This document shows positions 26,832 to 41,632 of a DNA stretch of 64,000 nucleotides, in pieces. Every line of letters begins with the position of its first letter. Within the stretch, counting starts at the first letter, position 1. The notes beneath the pieces are model-generated. The model did no database searches. It saw only the letters and a program-made list of their open reading frames with translations, and had not been told where the DNA came from. The stretch spans positions 127,410,001-127,474,000 of the forward strand of contig OZ024745.1 of assembly GCA_964016885.1 (NCBI GenBank), read 5' to 3'. A program made the position numbers and the translations under genes. The stretch is from Eledone cirrhosa (taxonomy: Eukaryota).

Positions 26832-26867
<36 letters not shown>

Positions 26868-27070
26868 TTTCTTTCTTTATTTTGTTTGTTTCTTTCCTTT
26901 CCTTTCTTTCTTCCTTTCTTTCTTTCTTTCTTTCTTTCATCCTTTCTTTCTTTCTTTCTTCTTTCCTTGTTTCTTTCCTTCCTTCTTTCTTTCTTTCTAT
27001 CTTTCTATCTTTCCTTCTTTCTTTCTTTCTTCTTTCTTTCTTTCTTTCTTTCTTTTATATCCTTCTATAT
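26630..27070. repeat. (TTTC)n polypyrimidine tract
   Basis: Directly visible. Confidence 0.95.
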
Positions 27071-27220
27071 ATTTTTCTCATCCTTCCGTACTTCCATTAT
27101 CCTTTAACTAACTGCTAGCCATTTTAAAGAGCATTATTGCTTTGTTATTGTAATATCTCGTTAGCCAAGACTATTGTGAAAAATATCAAAAATATCAGAA
27201 TAAATATAACAATACAACGG

Positions 27221-27422
<202 letters not shown>

Positions 27423-27423
27423 T

Positions 27424-27642
27424 AAAGACGTGTGGCGGAGTGTTTAGAGAATTGGAATCACAATCTTGAGATGGTAAGTACGATTCCTGGACCGGGTGAT
27501 GCGTTATGCCCTTCAGCAAGACACTTTATTTCACGTTGCTCCTTCTACCTGGAGTTGCGACTGATAGATAGTATTAGCAACTGGAAAGACCGACGAAAAC
27601 ATTGTTTCTTCGGTCCGATTTGACGAAAGTCGATCGATCCTT
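27424..27642 (+). mobile_element. SINE B variant with a double-hairpin tail (also 33944-34158 -, 38692-38791 deleted, 40615-40830)
   Basis: tRNA-like head plus tail ..GGTCCGATTTGACGAAAGTCGATCGA. Confidence 0.8.
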
Positions 27643-27667
27643 TTATATATATGTATATATATATATG

Positions 27668-27915
27668 ATATTTGTTTCTACTTTTGGCACAAGGCCATCA
27701 ATTACCCAGTGTATTACTGGTACTTTATTTTATCGACCCCGTAAGGATGAAAGGCAAAGTTAACCTCGGCGGGATTATATATATATGATAATTGTTTCTG
27801 ATTTAGGTACAAGGTCAACAGATTTTGGAGAGGGGAGATTCGATTAAATCGCCCCATGCATTACTGGTACTTTATTTTATCGACCTCGTAAGAACGAAAG
27901 GCAAAGTTAATCTAG
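27668..27915 (-). mobile_element. Two truncated SINE A copies
   Basis: Body match. Confidence 0.8.
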
Positions 27916-28131
27916 GCATGGTTTCTGCTTCCTGTAGTCGTCATCTCTGCTTTCATCACCTTCAACACTATAACCAAATTAAATACTCCTTTACTCCGTA
28001 AAGAAATCTTACTGTTTATAGTGGCATATTATACTTACAACTGGGCCATATAGTATGTTATAAATTTCTTGGTGATGAACAGAGCGTGGCGTTGGGAAAA
28101 AGAAACGAATTAATGTTCGACTATGCTTCTA

Positions 28132-28286
28132 CAGGGAAATTCCGTTATAACGAAATTCACGCGGTATAAAAAAGTTTATTGTAACGAAAAATTCTTTATA
28201 ACGAAATCGACCAAAACTAATCAAGCGTTTGTTTGTTATTACCTCGGGGATTTAAAAAAAATTTCGTTATAATGGAATTTTACCTG
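28132..28286. mobile_element. Tigger/pogo-like MITE (second copy at 39457-39642)
   Basis: TIR CAGGGAAATTCCGTTATAACG / CGTTATAATGGAATTTTACCTG, TA on both sides. Confidence 0.8.
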
Positions 28287-28710
28287 TAATTTAACTGACT
28301 GCAGCTTTTTAAAATCGATAACATTACTAAAAAAATCGATAACATTACTAAGAAAGAAAAAAAGAAGAAGAAAGGCTAACGAATAATCTAGGATATATTA
28401 ATATATTATAGCTAAAATATCATATATTAGCTCTACGGCTATTTTTACAAAATTATTTCAACAACTAATTATTTAAATTATTTTGTCCGGCGTATATATA
28501 TTTCTGTTCATGTCTAATCTCAAATTACAGTGTAAACTGTTGGATAATTAATTACCAATAGCGCAGGTGTTACCTACTGAATCAATATGAGAGCTGTTGT
28601 TTGTGTAAATTAGCTTAGAATAGGATTCTATATCATTGTCACAGATGGACTGAGATTATGAGATGCTGAACTTCCTGTTGAAGATATGTCGGCTCGTATC
28701 ATATAAATAT

Positions 28711-29445
28711 AGGCGGTGGATTGACAGAATCGATAGAGGGTCAGACACCATGCTTTGACGCATAGTTACGGCCCTTGCCATTCTGAGTTCAAATCCTGCT
28801 AAGGTTAACTTTGCCTTTCATCCTTACGGGGTCGATACAATAAAGTACCAGTAATACACTGGGGTAATTGCTGGCCTTGTGCCAAAAGTAGAACCAATTA
28901 TATATATATACAGGCGGCGAATTGGCAGAGTCGTTAAGACGTCGGATAGAATGCTTTACGGTATTCACCCCACCCCATTGCATTCTCTGAGTTCAAATCC
29001 TGCCGAGGTCAACTTTGCTTTTCATCCTTTCGAGGTCGATAAAAAGTACCAGTCCAGTACTGGGGTCGATTCTTCCTCTATAGAAAAAATCGGCTGTGTT
29101 CAGACCTGGAGAGGGTTGGGCTCCGCCCAGTTTAAAAGTGCCCTAGACACACCGTATGACGGTACCTCTACGACTCCACAAGGAGTTATGGAATCTTTAT
29201 CCTTTATCCTTTTTATTATATAAATAGAACAGAGAGTGGTGGATTGACAGTATCGGTAGAGCGTCGGATAATATGCTTCGCGGTATAGAGTTACGACCCT
29301 TTCGTCCTGAGAGTCCAAATCCCGCCGAGTTTAGTGGTTAGCTTTGTCTTTCATCCTTACGGGGTCAGTAAAATAAAGTAGAAGTCACACACTTGGGTGG
29401 ATTTAATCGACATTACCCTCCCCCAAAATTGCTGACGTGAAAGCC
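28711..29445 (+). mobile_element. Cluster of three SINE A-type copies
   Basis: Heads at about 28711, 28912 and 29236. Confidence 0.8.
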
Positions 29446-29615
29446 AGGTTTCGAATGATGGATTCAGACGTGGAAACTAGGTTTCTTAATGTTGTCAAAC
29501 AAGACAACAAATTATAGATCACACACTACCTCACCACAGTAATACGCATTGCAATAAATTGTTTCGTAAATAAAAATAGTGCTGATTTAAAAAAACTATT
29601 TTAGTTGTACTAGAG

Positions 29616-29910
29616 CAGGCATGGGCAACCCTTTTCAAGAAGCGGGCCGCATGAGATATGGCTCATCATCAGGCGGGCCGGAAGCGCTAATTTACATTCG
29701 TGCATACATTAAGAAAAGGGCGGTAACTCAGGTTGTTTTAATTTATTTCTTCAGAATTAGTACACGTTGTTTTCCTTGATAGAAATATGAATTACGACTG
29801 AAAAGTTGTGGTAAAAGTTGGGGTTAAAAAAATAAATCGGAAAGATTTCACTTAGGTGACTTAGGCGGGCCATTCCGAAAGCTTCGCGGGCCGCAGGTTA
29901 CCCATGACTG
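29616..29910. mobile_element. hAT (Charlie-like) MITE
   Basis: TIR CAGGCATGGGCAACC / GGTTACCCATGACTG; perfect 8 bp TSD TACTAGAG at 29608-29615 and 29911-29918. Confidence 0.92.
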
Positions 29911-30166
29911 TACTAGAGTTTTAGGAACATATGAAAATTGACAAAATTCAATATATAATTTTTGCCGACCCAGACCACTAACTTTTCCTTTAGGCTTTCG
30001 TTTTTGTAACCTTTATCGAATATTTTGAAAGTCCTTTACTCAGAATCTCAACAAACCTTTTTAGCAAAACCTATAAGCAGAATTAGAAATGTCGATCTAA
30101 AACATTGGTAGATAATGTTTTAGGGAAAGAAAATTAAGATGTTGTGAGAGTAATCAGAGCGACGGA

Positions 30167-30762
30167 GACCATGCTTGTAGCATAGAATTATGGCCCTTTA
30201 CGTTCTGAGTTCAGATCCCGCCGAGGTTAACTTTGCCTTTCATCCTTACGGGGTTGATAAAATAAAGTACCAGTAATGCACTGGGTAATTGCTGGCCTTG
30301 TGCCAAAAGTTGAAACAGTTATTAGTATTAACAGCAGGATGGTGAATTGGCAGTAATCGGTAGAGCTTCGAATAACCTGCTTTGTGGCATAGAGTTATGG
30401 CGCTTTACGTTCTGACTTCAAATTCCACTGAGGTTAGCTTTGCTTTTACTCCTTACGCGGACGATAAAATAAAGTACCAGCCACGCACTGGGGTCGATTT
30501 AATTGACTTTTCCCTTTCCCAAAATTGCTGGTCTTTTGCCTATATAAGAAACCATTATTAGTAGTAACAATGGAGGTGGATGGGCAGTATCGGTAGAGGG
30601 TCGGACGCCATGCTTTGTAGCATAGATTTACGTGCCTTGCCATTCTGAGTTCAAATCCCGTCGAGGTTAACTTTGCCTTTCATTCTTACCGGGTCGATAA
30701 AATAAAGTACCAGTAATGCACTGGGTAATTGCTGGCCTTGTGCCAAAGGTAGAAACAACTAT
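30167..30762 (+). mobile_element. Three tandem SINE A copies
   Basis: Bodies at about 30167, 30336 and 30572. Confidence 0.85.
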
Positions 30763-31499
30763 TAGTATTAACAATGAAGTAAAATAAGGAAACAAAACCA
30801 AATCAACGACTCAGCACTTCTTAATGTCATGTTTTCGTTTGTAATATATCTGACTTCATTATAATCACTAGCAGAAAACCCACCGTTCGGGGGGTTTTCT
30901 GCTAGCATGTGTAGTGTGTATATTGATATTATACGCAAGTATATATACATGTAGATATGATACATCAAATAAAATCGTAATTGACAATATACACAGTAAT
31001 TGAACGAAGACTGTGTTACACTGTCTTATGTAATTAGTAACGTAATCCATGATACATTAAAAAAAAGACGATATTATATATAAACTGCATTAGGAGAAAA
31101 TTAGTGACAGAAAATTAATATGTTTATTTAAGCGATCGCCACCGGAAGTGTTGACATTTGAAAATTTTAAAGAAGTGAATCTTTAAATAAGCTATAAAAT
31201 ATATTTAATGAACAGCCACGAAATTTAGTAGATAAATTTTGTAATATTCATTTATTATTTATTCAAAGTAAACCAACTTATTTTACTAATGAGTTAAAAA
31301 ATTATAAACCGTACGCAGTCCCGTGCTTCTTACTTTATTATAGTTTAGATAACTGGATTAAATCTCTGCATGCTTCTTTCTTTCTTTCTCTCATTCACAC
31401 TCTCCAGCATTTCCCTCCCTCTATTTCTACCTACATCCCCCTCTGTCTACCCATATCCCTCTTTCTCTATCCATATCCCCTCTCTCTACCCGCACCACC

Positions 31500-31584
<85 letters not shown>

Positions 31585-31714
31585 GTGCATGCAACACAAA
31601 CACACACATAAAAATACGTATGTACGTACGTGAACACGCACACTCATACTACATACATCACGTTTTATTACACACACAGATATATACATATATAATGTAA
31701 AATAATATAATATA

Positions 31715-31774
<60 letters not shown>

Positions 31775-32202
31775 AATATATTTGTACGTAAGAGTTTCTT
31801 TGAAGTAAAACTAATATAATGTTTAAAAATGTATTTCAGGTTTTGAATGATTTTCAAGTTTTTTTTTTTTTTTCACACAATCTGAGAACATAGAAATACA
31901 AGTGAAAAAAAAAAAATGAAATAAAAGGTAAACAATCTCACTAAAAAAGAAAAATGCGCCCCACCGCTACCACCACCACCACCACTACCACCACCACCAC
32001 TACCATCATCATCATCATCATCATCATCATAAGTAGTATTTTTATACATAAATTGCTTCCAATTAAAGTTGCAAGAATGTCACACAATGCAAGCTAGACA
32101 AGTTATTTGAAATTATTCCCAACATTATTTACATTAATATATATATATATATATATATAAGGTACTCAATACATAACAGAGTATAAAAGTTTTAATATAG
32201 AT

Positions 32203-32253
32203 GAGATTCTACAGGACTAGAACTGTTTCATTCTTTAGAAATCACCAGGAATC
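32203..32253 (-). ncRNA. HHR, inverted copy with A6G (CTGGTGA)
   Basis: Reverse complement of 32256-32306 with one core change. Confidence 0.8.
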
Positions 32254-32306
32254 GAGATTCCTGATGATTTCTAAAGAATGAAACAGTTCTAGTCCTGTAG
32301 AATCTC
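32254..32306 (+). ncRNA. Type I HHR
   Basis: gagattc CTGATGA t-ttc-taaa-gaa-t GAAA cag-ttctagtc-ctg TA gaatctc. Confidence 0.88.
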
Positions 32307-32322
32307 ATCTATATTAAAAGTT

Positions 32323-32365
<43 letters not shown>

Positions 32366-32370
<5 letters not shown>

Positions 32371-32550
32371 AGAGTCAGGACCCTGACGGCTGAGCTCCGG
32401 CCGTTTCGAATGCTAAATACGAACTGGATCTAGGTGTCGAAACGGCCGGAGCTCAGCCGCCGGGGTTTTGTCTCTTTTCCTGTTACCCTAAGTATTGAGT
32501 ACTCTGGTGCATTATGGTCCACCTGGTATCTTACCACACCCTCTTTGTTA
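32366..32550 (+). mobile_element. Family H fold-back element, subfamily variant (fragment also at 59527-59585)
   Basis: Imperfect palindrome; GAAA cggc..gccg; same tail as family H. Confidence 0.75.
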
Positions 32551-32569
32551 TATATATATATATATGTTA

Positions 32570-32790
32570 ATCATCATTGCTTGGCTTCGCGAACGAAGAT
32601 TATGAAGTGGGTGGTCCACGCCGACTGCAGGTACACTTGTGGCTGTTGAGGCCAATGCGGGACAAGCAGGCAGAGCCGCAGCGGCTGCAGTTGAATGTCT
32701 GGTCAGGGTTTAATGACTTGGCGTTGTGGTTCTTCCCCCTTGTGCCTTCTGTCCTTGAGGGTGGCTTTGTGTGTTTTCGAAGAAGACAGT
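32570..32790 (-). mobile_element. RTE LINE 3' end
   Basis: C-terminal TFNCSRCGSACLSRIGLNSH zinc finger; (GAT)n tail. Confidence 0.8.
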
Positions 32791-33479
32791 ACGGTTGATA
32801 TATATAAAGGCAAATAGGCAGTGTCGTTAGAATGTTGGATAGAATTCTTTCTTTTATCTCTTGGAGGTAATTATAAAATAAAATGCTACTGGTGTCGTTT
32901 CTTCCCCAGTATCTCTTTCTCACGCCCCTCCTCTCTTAACTTCTCCCCGTTAGTGGAATTGATCGGCTGAAGTAGGATGGGGTCCCCCAAGTCAAAAATA
33001 CCCAAGACATGTATGTCCCTAAAGCACTCCTACGACTCCATGTAGAGAACATCTTTTCTTTCAAACATGCTCTATTTCTATTGAAGACACAACCGTGTTC
33101 CAGTTTGATCAATTTTGCTAGGATCTTTCGTAATTCTTTATTAGTTCTTTATGCTTTGTTTGTAACAGTAGCTTTTCTAAACCCATGTATGTATTAACGT
33201 TTCGTAGTATTCCTGTCTACATCTTTAGAATTATAATGACAATACTATTGACATATTGGTCACGTGCTCAGCAGTGGGGGGGTAATGATGGGGGTGATAG
33301 GAACATTATGCGCACCCGATTCAAAATTTCTCTACGGTTAAACGTAGAAATTATAATTGGTTTCGCGTCTTTAGTATCTGTTGATTAATATTTGGCTTTT
33401 ATTCGGGTACACATTCGTGCCGTTCTATGTACTTAAAGTGGAAAATATATTTGTCTCTGAATACAAAAACGCTAACCAG

Positions 33480-33865
33480 AGAAGGTGCGTCGCCTAAGGG
33501 TAAGGGTGTGGAACTTATGATCATAATGTCATGGGTTCGATTCTTGGGTTAGGTTGCGTGTTGTGTTCTTGAGCAAGACACTTCATTTCACATTGCTTCA
33601 CTATACTGAAAATGAGTACCAGTAATAGTTGGAGGTTTAACCCTGTGATGGACTGGCGTCCTGTCCAGGCGAAGCCGTGTCCTTTCAGTCGCTTCTCGCC
33701 ACGAAACCGGGATAAGCACCGGCCTGGCACAGACTTTAACCCTTGCCATATTCTGCCGTCTTGTCCAGAGAAGAGTATCGTACTCTCAATCACTTCACGC
33801 CAGGAAACCGAGATGAGCACCGGCCAAATGAGCCATCCGGCTTAAGACAGACTTTAGGCTTTTAG
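33480..33865 (+). mobile_element. SINE B (long-tail variant; relative at 51390-51790)
   Basis: B box, TTGAGCAAGACACT, AAATGAGTACC, CCCTGTGATGGACTGGCGTCC. Confidence 0.8.
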
Positions 33866-34329
33866 ACATACATACACACACACATTGATACATACATAGA
33901 CACACACATATGCATACATACATACATATATAATATATATATAGAAGGATCGATCGACTTTCGTCAAATCGGACCGAGGAAACAATGTTTCCGTGGGTCT
34001 TTCCAATTGCTAATACAATCTATCGGTCGCAACTCCACGTAGAAGGAGAAACGTGAAATAAAATGTCTTGCTCAAGGACATAACGCATCGCCCGGTCCAG
34101 GAATCGAACTCACAACCTTGCGAATCCAATTCTCTAACCACTCAGCCACGCGCCTCCACACACATATATATATATATAATACATACATAATACATACATA
34201 CATGCCTGACGAGCCTCCTGCCTTGATACAGACTTTAGTCTTAACTAGAACCAGTATGTCGATGATATATCTAGTGTGGCTTACTGTTCTAGAGGTCGAT
34301 CGTCTTAAAGATGATCTTGAGAAAAAATT

Positions 34330-35251
<922 letters not shown>

Positions 35252-35334
35252 CATATATATATACTTAAATTTGTGTTGTTTACTTATGAGTAAGGCAAAA
35301 GCATAATTTACGTTTTTATAAAATGTGTATGATA

Positions 35335-35720
35335 TATAAGTATGTATACTTACATACATATATGTATACAGACGTACAGTAGTATGTATATATATATACA
35401 TACATCCACACACACATATATATATATTTATTATAATGCTCGGTGTGTTTGTAAACAAACATCCCGAATTTAGCCGTACAGTGTCTAGCAACCATCGTTG
35501 CTCATTTGTTCAACACTGAGTGTTGAACAAATGAGCAACGATGGTTGCTAGACACTGTACGGCTTAATTCGGGATGTTTGTTTACAAACACACCGAGCAT
35601 TATAATAAATGTTCAGTGAATCTATACGTACATATATATATGTGTGCATGTATGTATATATATATATATATACTACTGTACGTCTGTATACATATATGTA
35701 TGTACGTATACATACTTATA
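35335..35720. repeat. Fold-back palindrome centred at 35518, from a relative of the 9476 family
   Basis: ~92 bp near-perfect arms over 35426-35611, extending imperfectly outward. Confidence 0.9.
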
Positions 35721-35961
35721 TTTAAGTAACAGCCGTACTAAGAGTGAGTAATGAAATTTCGTTTCATTTTTTCTGTGTATGATATATTTATCCATATATT
35801 ATTGCGCATCTATATTTATTTGTTTTCATAAGTGTATGTAAGTAATACATATCAGTGTTACTGCGCACACAGTTTTGCAGATATTCATACACATACCCAC
35901 ACACATACTCATATATGCATGAACAGATTTCTTCGTTTCTTCTTTTTTCTTTTTCTCAATC

Positions 35962-36054
<93 letters not shown>

Positions 36055-36096
36055 ATGTATATATGTGTTCATAAATATATATGTATATGTATATAC

Positions 36097-36132
<36 letters not shown>

Positions 36133-36283
36133 GTATGTATGTATATATATATGTATATATGCAACTCCATGTTCATAAATATGTGTTAGCTTTGGTAGTT
36201 AGTGGTATGATATAGGGAAATCTAATAGGAGATAGGTTCTTGAGAATATAGGTTTTAAGATGAAAGAAAGGACAGGGTAACGA

Positions 36284-36331
<48 letters not shown>

Positions 36332-36952
36332 TAGAGAGAGATAGAGAGAGAGAGAGAATAAGAGAAAACGGAATAAAGACAGGGAAGCAAATAAAAATAT
36401 CACCTCTCGCTCTAAAGAACAAAACAAAAAACAACAAAAAAACAAAAAAACAACAACAAAATATAAAGCAAAAAACAAAAACAAAAAAACAAACAAACCA
36501 ACCACATTAACAATCAAAATGAAAATCTAAAGGAAAAATGAATGAAATTTCTTTCTCCTCGTTATTAGAAAATTAAAATAAATGGACTTTTCGATTATGT
36601 AGGGGAATATTTGAGAGAGAAGGTGCTAAAAATATTTGCATCACGACACATCAAGGTGTTTGTGGTTTACTGAAATATTTTACGTTCGTATTTCCAGAAG
36701 GGAATTTTAACGCGATTGAAATAAACGTTTATATATTGCGCTTAATATTTATTTTTCTTGTGGTCCTTTGTGGTTATAATTGGATTCAACAATCTGTAGG
36801 TTTATTCAGTAACAGGTTCGTACCGAATCCCATGTTGTGAGAAGGTTAACTGAAACGAAATGTAAACAAATAGGTACTGGCGCCCACCCCCCTTATATAT
36901 ATATGTATATATAGAGAGAGATACATATATACACATATATTTATACATATAT

Positions 36953-37025
<73 letters not shown>

Positions 37026-37420
37026 TATATATATTAATATATATATATATATATTTATATAACTTTGATAACTTTGTTAGGTTTCGGCTAGTATTGGCCC
37101 AGGCCATGTCTAACTTAATAGCACCACCTGGCGATGTCGTACAAATCAGGGTTTGGCCACCATGGCCCACTCGAGCAGAGAGTTATTGTTTGAGAGGGTG
37201 AGTGTCTCAGCCTTCATAGCATTGATTGTTATTCCAGCCCTGCATCAAACCTATCAAGTGCATGCCGGAGATCACCTTCTTACGGGTTAAGTAACACCAT
37301 GTCGTGTGCAAATCCCAGCCGACTGATTTTACCCTCACTTTTCATGATACCACTTTCAACCCGGCTGCACATTAAAATATATTTAAACATATTTAGTATC
37401 TCCACTTTATAACAACTATG

Positions 37421-37583
37421 ATAATTGTTTCTACTTTTAGCACAAGGCCAGCAATTACCCAGTGCATTACTGGTACTTTATTTTATCGACCCCGTAAGGA
37501 TGAAAGGCAAAGATAACCTCGACGGGATTTGAACTCAAACCGTAAAGGGACGTAACTATTCTGGAAAGCATGGCGTCCGACCC
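37421..37583 (-). mobile_element. SINE A
   Basis: Body match. Confidence 0.85.
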
Positions 37584-38543
37584 TGCTTTAACAACTATAA
37601 TAATACAACATGTCTGTTTGTATATTTATTTATATATATTTCTGTATGCATCCTTTGCAAAATTTACACACACAAAATTGCACTCACGTAGAAAAAACAT
37701 ACATATACATACACACAAGCATTTTATATCGGAGTGATTTTGTTAAAATAAGAAGTTTGCTTTCCAATCACAAGGTGGTGGGCTCCAACCCTACATTTGT
37801 CCTTGTAAATCAGGCATGTTAAACGGAGGGTCCCACATGTGCTTTCTGAGGGCCACACACGACACCAATTTGCGCATATTACAACTAATTTTTTAATTTT
37901 ATATTACGAAGATAAACATTGTCGCGCTGTAAAAACATACATTTGTGAAGGCCGCAGATGTGCTTGCAAAAGGCCGCATGAGGGCCGCGGGCCTGCCGTA
38001 AATAGCTATTTCTCCTAAATTACACATATATTTAATCCCGAATGTTATTTGTACATATATTGTGACCATGTATGTAATTATATCCTAGGTATAAGTTATT
38101 AAAATATCATTCTTGTCTTACCAATAATCAATGTAATGTTAAAATGGACAGTCCCACTTTAGAGTAATATTATTGCAACCGTCTGGTATACGGTGGGTGT
38201 GAGTCCAGATTTAGAGGTTTCTATGTTAAAGTGGTCAGTCACATTTTAGAGTAATGTTAGTACAGTCGCCTGGGATACGGTAGGTGTGAGTTCCGTCTTT
38301 AGAAGTTTGTTCCGACCAATATTCATACTAAAACAATAAAATAAATAAAAACTGCGATGCAGCAGCTTACTTACTTATATATTTTAAAGATTTAAAAATT
38401 GGCTCAACACTTCGTAAATATGATTAAATCTTTAGGAATGGACACAGTTATGTTAGGTTCAATATTTCGGACAGAACAGGATAGAACAAGTTTTAAACTA
38501 GTTGGACCATTACTCGACAGAGTACTTGATACTTGGCGTCCCC

Positions 38544-38621
38544 TGGAACAATATAGAGAAGATTAGCATGGCCCCTGCGCAAGGATGACAACGCAAATTC
38601 GTGAAGCGTTCCATATTTTTT
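38544..38621 (+). pseudogene. U6: 5'-truncated U6 snRNA copy
   Basis: TGGAACAATATAGAGAAGATTAGCATGGCCCCTGCGCAAGGATGACAACGCAAATTCGTGAAGCGTTCCATATTTTTT; ACAGAGA box mutated, 5' stem-loop missing. Confidence 0.95.
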
Positions 38622-38692
38622 CAAAGCGTGGTACCCCAGCATGGCCTCAGCCGGATGGCTGGAACAGGTAAAAGAGTAAAAGAGTAAAAGAG
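38622..38692 (+). mobile_element. Retroposon 3' tail fused to U6
   Basis: CCCCAGCATGGCC..hairpin..(GTAAAAGA)3. Confidence 0.7.
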
Positions 38693-38797
38693 GCGCGTGG
38701 CTGAGAGGTTAGAGAATTGGATTTGCAATCGTGAGGCTGTGAGTTCAATTCCCAGACCGGACATTATTTGACGAAAGTCGATCGACTGTCCATATAT

Positions 38798-38868
<71 letters not shown>

Positions 38869-39173
38869 ATATAATATATATATATGTATATATATATATA
38901 TAATATATATATATGTATATATATATATAATATATATATAATATATATATAATATATATATAGTAATAATAATAAATTTGAAGACTAAATTAATATATAT
39001 ATATATATATATATAAGTGAAAATTCGTATAATCAAGATCTATAAATACAAAATGGCTAGACTTGGTATCATCCTGTGTAAGGTTTGAATTGAATTTCGG
39101 ATATATTCTGCTTCAATTAAATGCGTTTTTTTAAATCCTCTCAAGATGGAGAAGTGCAAACAATATCCCTCCG

Positions 39174-39358
39174 TAGATTGGCAGTATCGGTAGAAGATCG
39201 GACGCCATGCTTTGCAGCAAAGAGTTACGGCCCTTTATTGACTGAGTTCAAAACCCGCGGAGGTTAACTTTGCCTTTCATTCTTACGGGGGCCATAACAT
39301 AAAGTACCAGTAATACACTGCGATAATTGCTGGCCTCGTGCCAAATGTAGAAACAATT
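39174..39358 (+). mobile_element. SINE A
   Basis: Body match. Confidence 0.8.
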
Positions 39359-39724
39359 ATTTTATGTATAGCTCTTGAATAACGATTATATTTGCTCTGT
39401 GCCATCCAACTTTTTCTCCCTAAAAAAATTTAAATTTTCATCAGATCAATAATATGCAGTGAAATTCCGTTATAACGAAATTAACGGAGTATAACAAATT
39501 CGTTATAACGAACATTTTTTTATAATGAGATCGACAGAAACAAATCGAGCGTTTGTTTGTTATTACATCAGGGGAATGAAAACAATTTCGTTATACTGAA
39601 AAATTCCTTATAATGATTATTCGTTATAACGGAATTTACCTGTATAAACACATTGAGCTAATTTTGAAACTAGCTGGCAATTATATACTATCTTATATAA
39701 TTCACTACAAACATTCGAGCTTTG

Positions 39725-39756
<32 letters not shown>

Positions 39757-40923
39757 CGCGCGCGTGTGTGTGTGTGTGTGTGTGTGTATGTATATATACA
39801 TATATATATATATGACAGTAATTTCCGATGTGTATTTTTATATATATCGCAGTAGGAGGCGATGAAGCCACACATACAGAATGAGTCACTGAGTAAGAGT
39901 AAGAGGACTAAAATGAATACCTATCTATCACTGTCTCTCTCAGCCTCTCGTAGTATGTGTATACATACATACGTACATACATCCATACATGCATACATAT
40001 ACATACACATACATGCACGCGCAGAAGCACACACGCGTAAAAACAAACACGCATATATATATATATTGTTGAGCTAATTCAGTTGAATAGACTCGGCTGC
40101 TATTTCTGGCTGTCGATGGTCCTATTCACGCCACTGGGATGACGTTGTGCAATGTGTGTATTTTTAAAAAAATGCAACACGTGGTTCGAGTCATTCACAG
40201 ATTTGCATTTGATTTGTAAACGCAGATGGTTATCTTCTTCTCCTTTGGTGAACATCCAAGAATTTAACTACTGTGTTTTGCGGATTAATTGGTGAAATAT
40301 ATTTCTTACTTAAAGAAATATATACAAAGGAGATTAATCATTTTAAAAGGTATCTATATTTGAAGTTCTAGTCAAGCTTTAATTAGTTACCTACCTAGCT
40401 ATGTGTGCTTACATTCTTTACAAATTATTCCCTGTGATTGTTTCATGTGTTTATTTTATATATATATATATGTCAATCTATTTCTAGTTGATATGTAATG
40501 CTCGGATCTATTCATTGGAATCTTTGAGCTTATTCTACAGTGGATATGGTGCATGTCTCTCAGACATGACAACCCTTAATTTTAATTTTGGATATATCTA
40601 ATTCTCTAAACACTCAGCATGGCTGAGTGGTTAGAGAATTAGATTCGCAATCATGAGGTTGTGAGTTCGATTCCCGGACCGGGCAATGCGTTATGTCCTT
40701 GGGCAAGACACTTTATTTCACATTGCTCCTTCTACCTGGAGTTGCAACCGATAGAGAGTATTAGCATTTAAAAAGACCAATGGAAACATTGTTTCCTCGG
40801 TCCGATTTGACGAAAGTTGATCGACTGTCGATATGTATATATATAGAGAGAGAGGGAGAGAGAGTCAGAGAAAGACAAAGTGAGTGAGAAAGAAAGAATG
40901 AGTGTGTGAGAGAGAAGGAAAGT

Positions 40924-40957
<34 letters not shown>

Positions 40958-41367
40958 CTGTAGAGGAGGTATATGAAGCAGTTCCTGATGTGATCTACAT
41001 CGTGATAAGCTATCGATATATCGATGCAATACACAGATTGAAACACCCCTTTAAAGCAGCTTCGATACGATTCCGGTAACGGTATTCGAATAAAACAGTT
41101 TTTTATTGTCTCTCGGATACTCTACAGCTTCGATTGCTGAAGACATTGGCTAGCGAATCACATCATATATATCGACTTTAGTATCTAGACAACGGTATTA
41201 ACTCTCGCTGATATATTTCATATTGCAGTTTTGCGGTTTACTTAATTCTTAAATACGCTTTATATATATATATAAAGAAAAAAAGATGAAATCGAAAATG
41301 CAACTAGAGTTGAGATGGAGGGTCTGTGGTTTTTCTCACAAAAACCACAGACTCTCCATCTCAACTT

Positions 41368-41407
41368 TACTTTTGAAAAGCAGAAGAACTGCGAAACCGG
41401 TAAAGGA
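41368..41407 (+). ncRNA. Minimal HHR with U3-A8 core, second copy
   Basis: Identical to 4731-4770. Confidence 0.7.
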
Positions 41408-41632
41408 ACCAAATAAATATATATATTTAAAAAAAAATAAGACTCCAGTTGCATTTTCGATTTCATCTTACTTACAAATTTGCTTGAGGTTTCGCTACAC
41501 ATACACATACACACGAACACATACACACACACATGTACACGCACGCACAAATACATATAATTCTTTTCTTTAACTTTCAATTATTGTTCTAAATAAATCA
41601 GTGTAATTGTTGCTATTATTTTACACCTGTTG

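Noticed and set aside
38544-38621. Functional U6 gene
   Set aside because: The 5' third is missing, the ACAGAGA box is mutated, and there is a 1 nt insertion.
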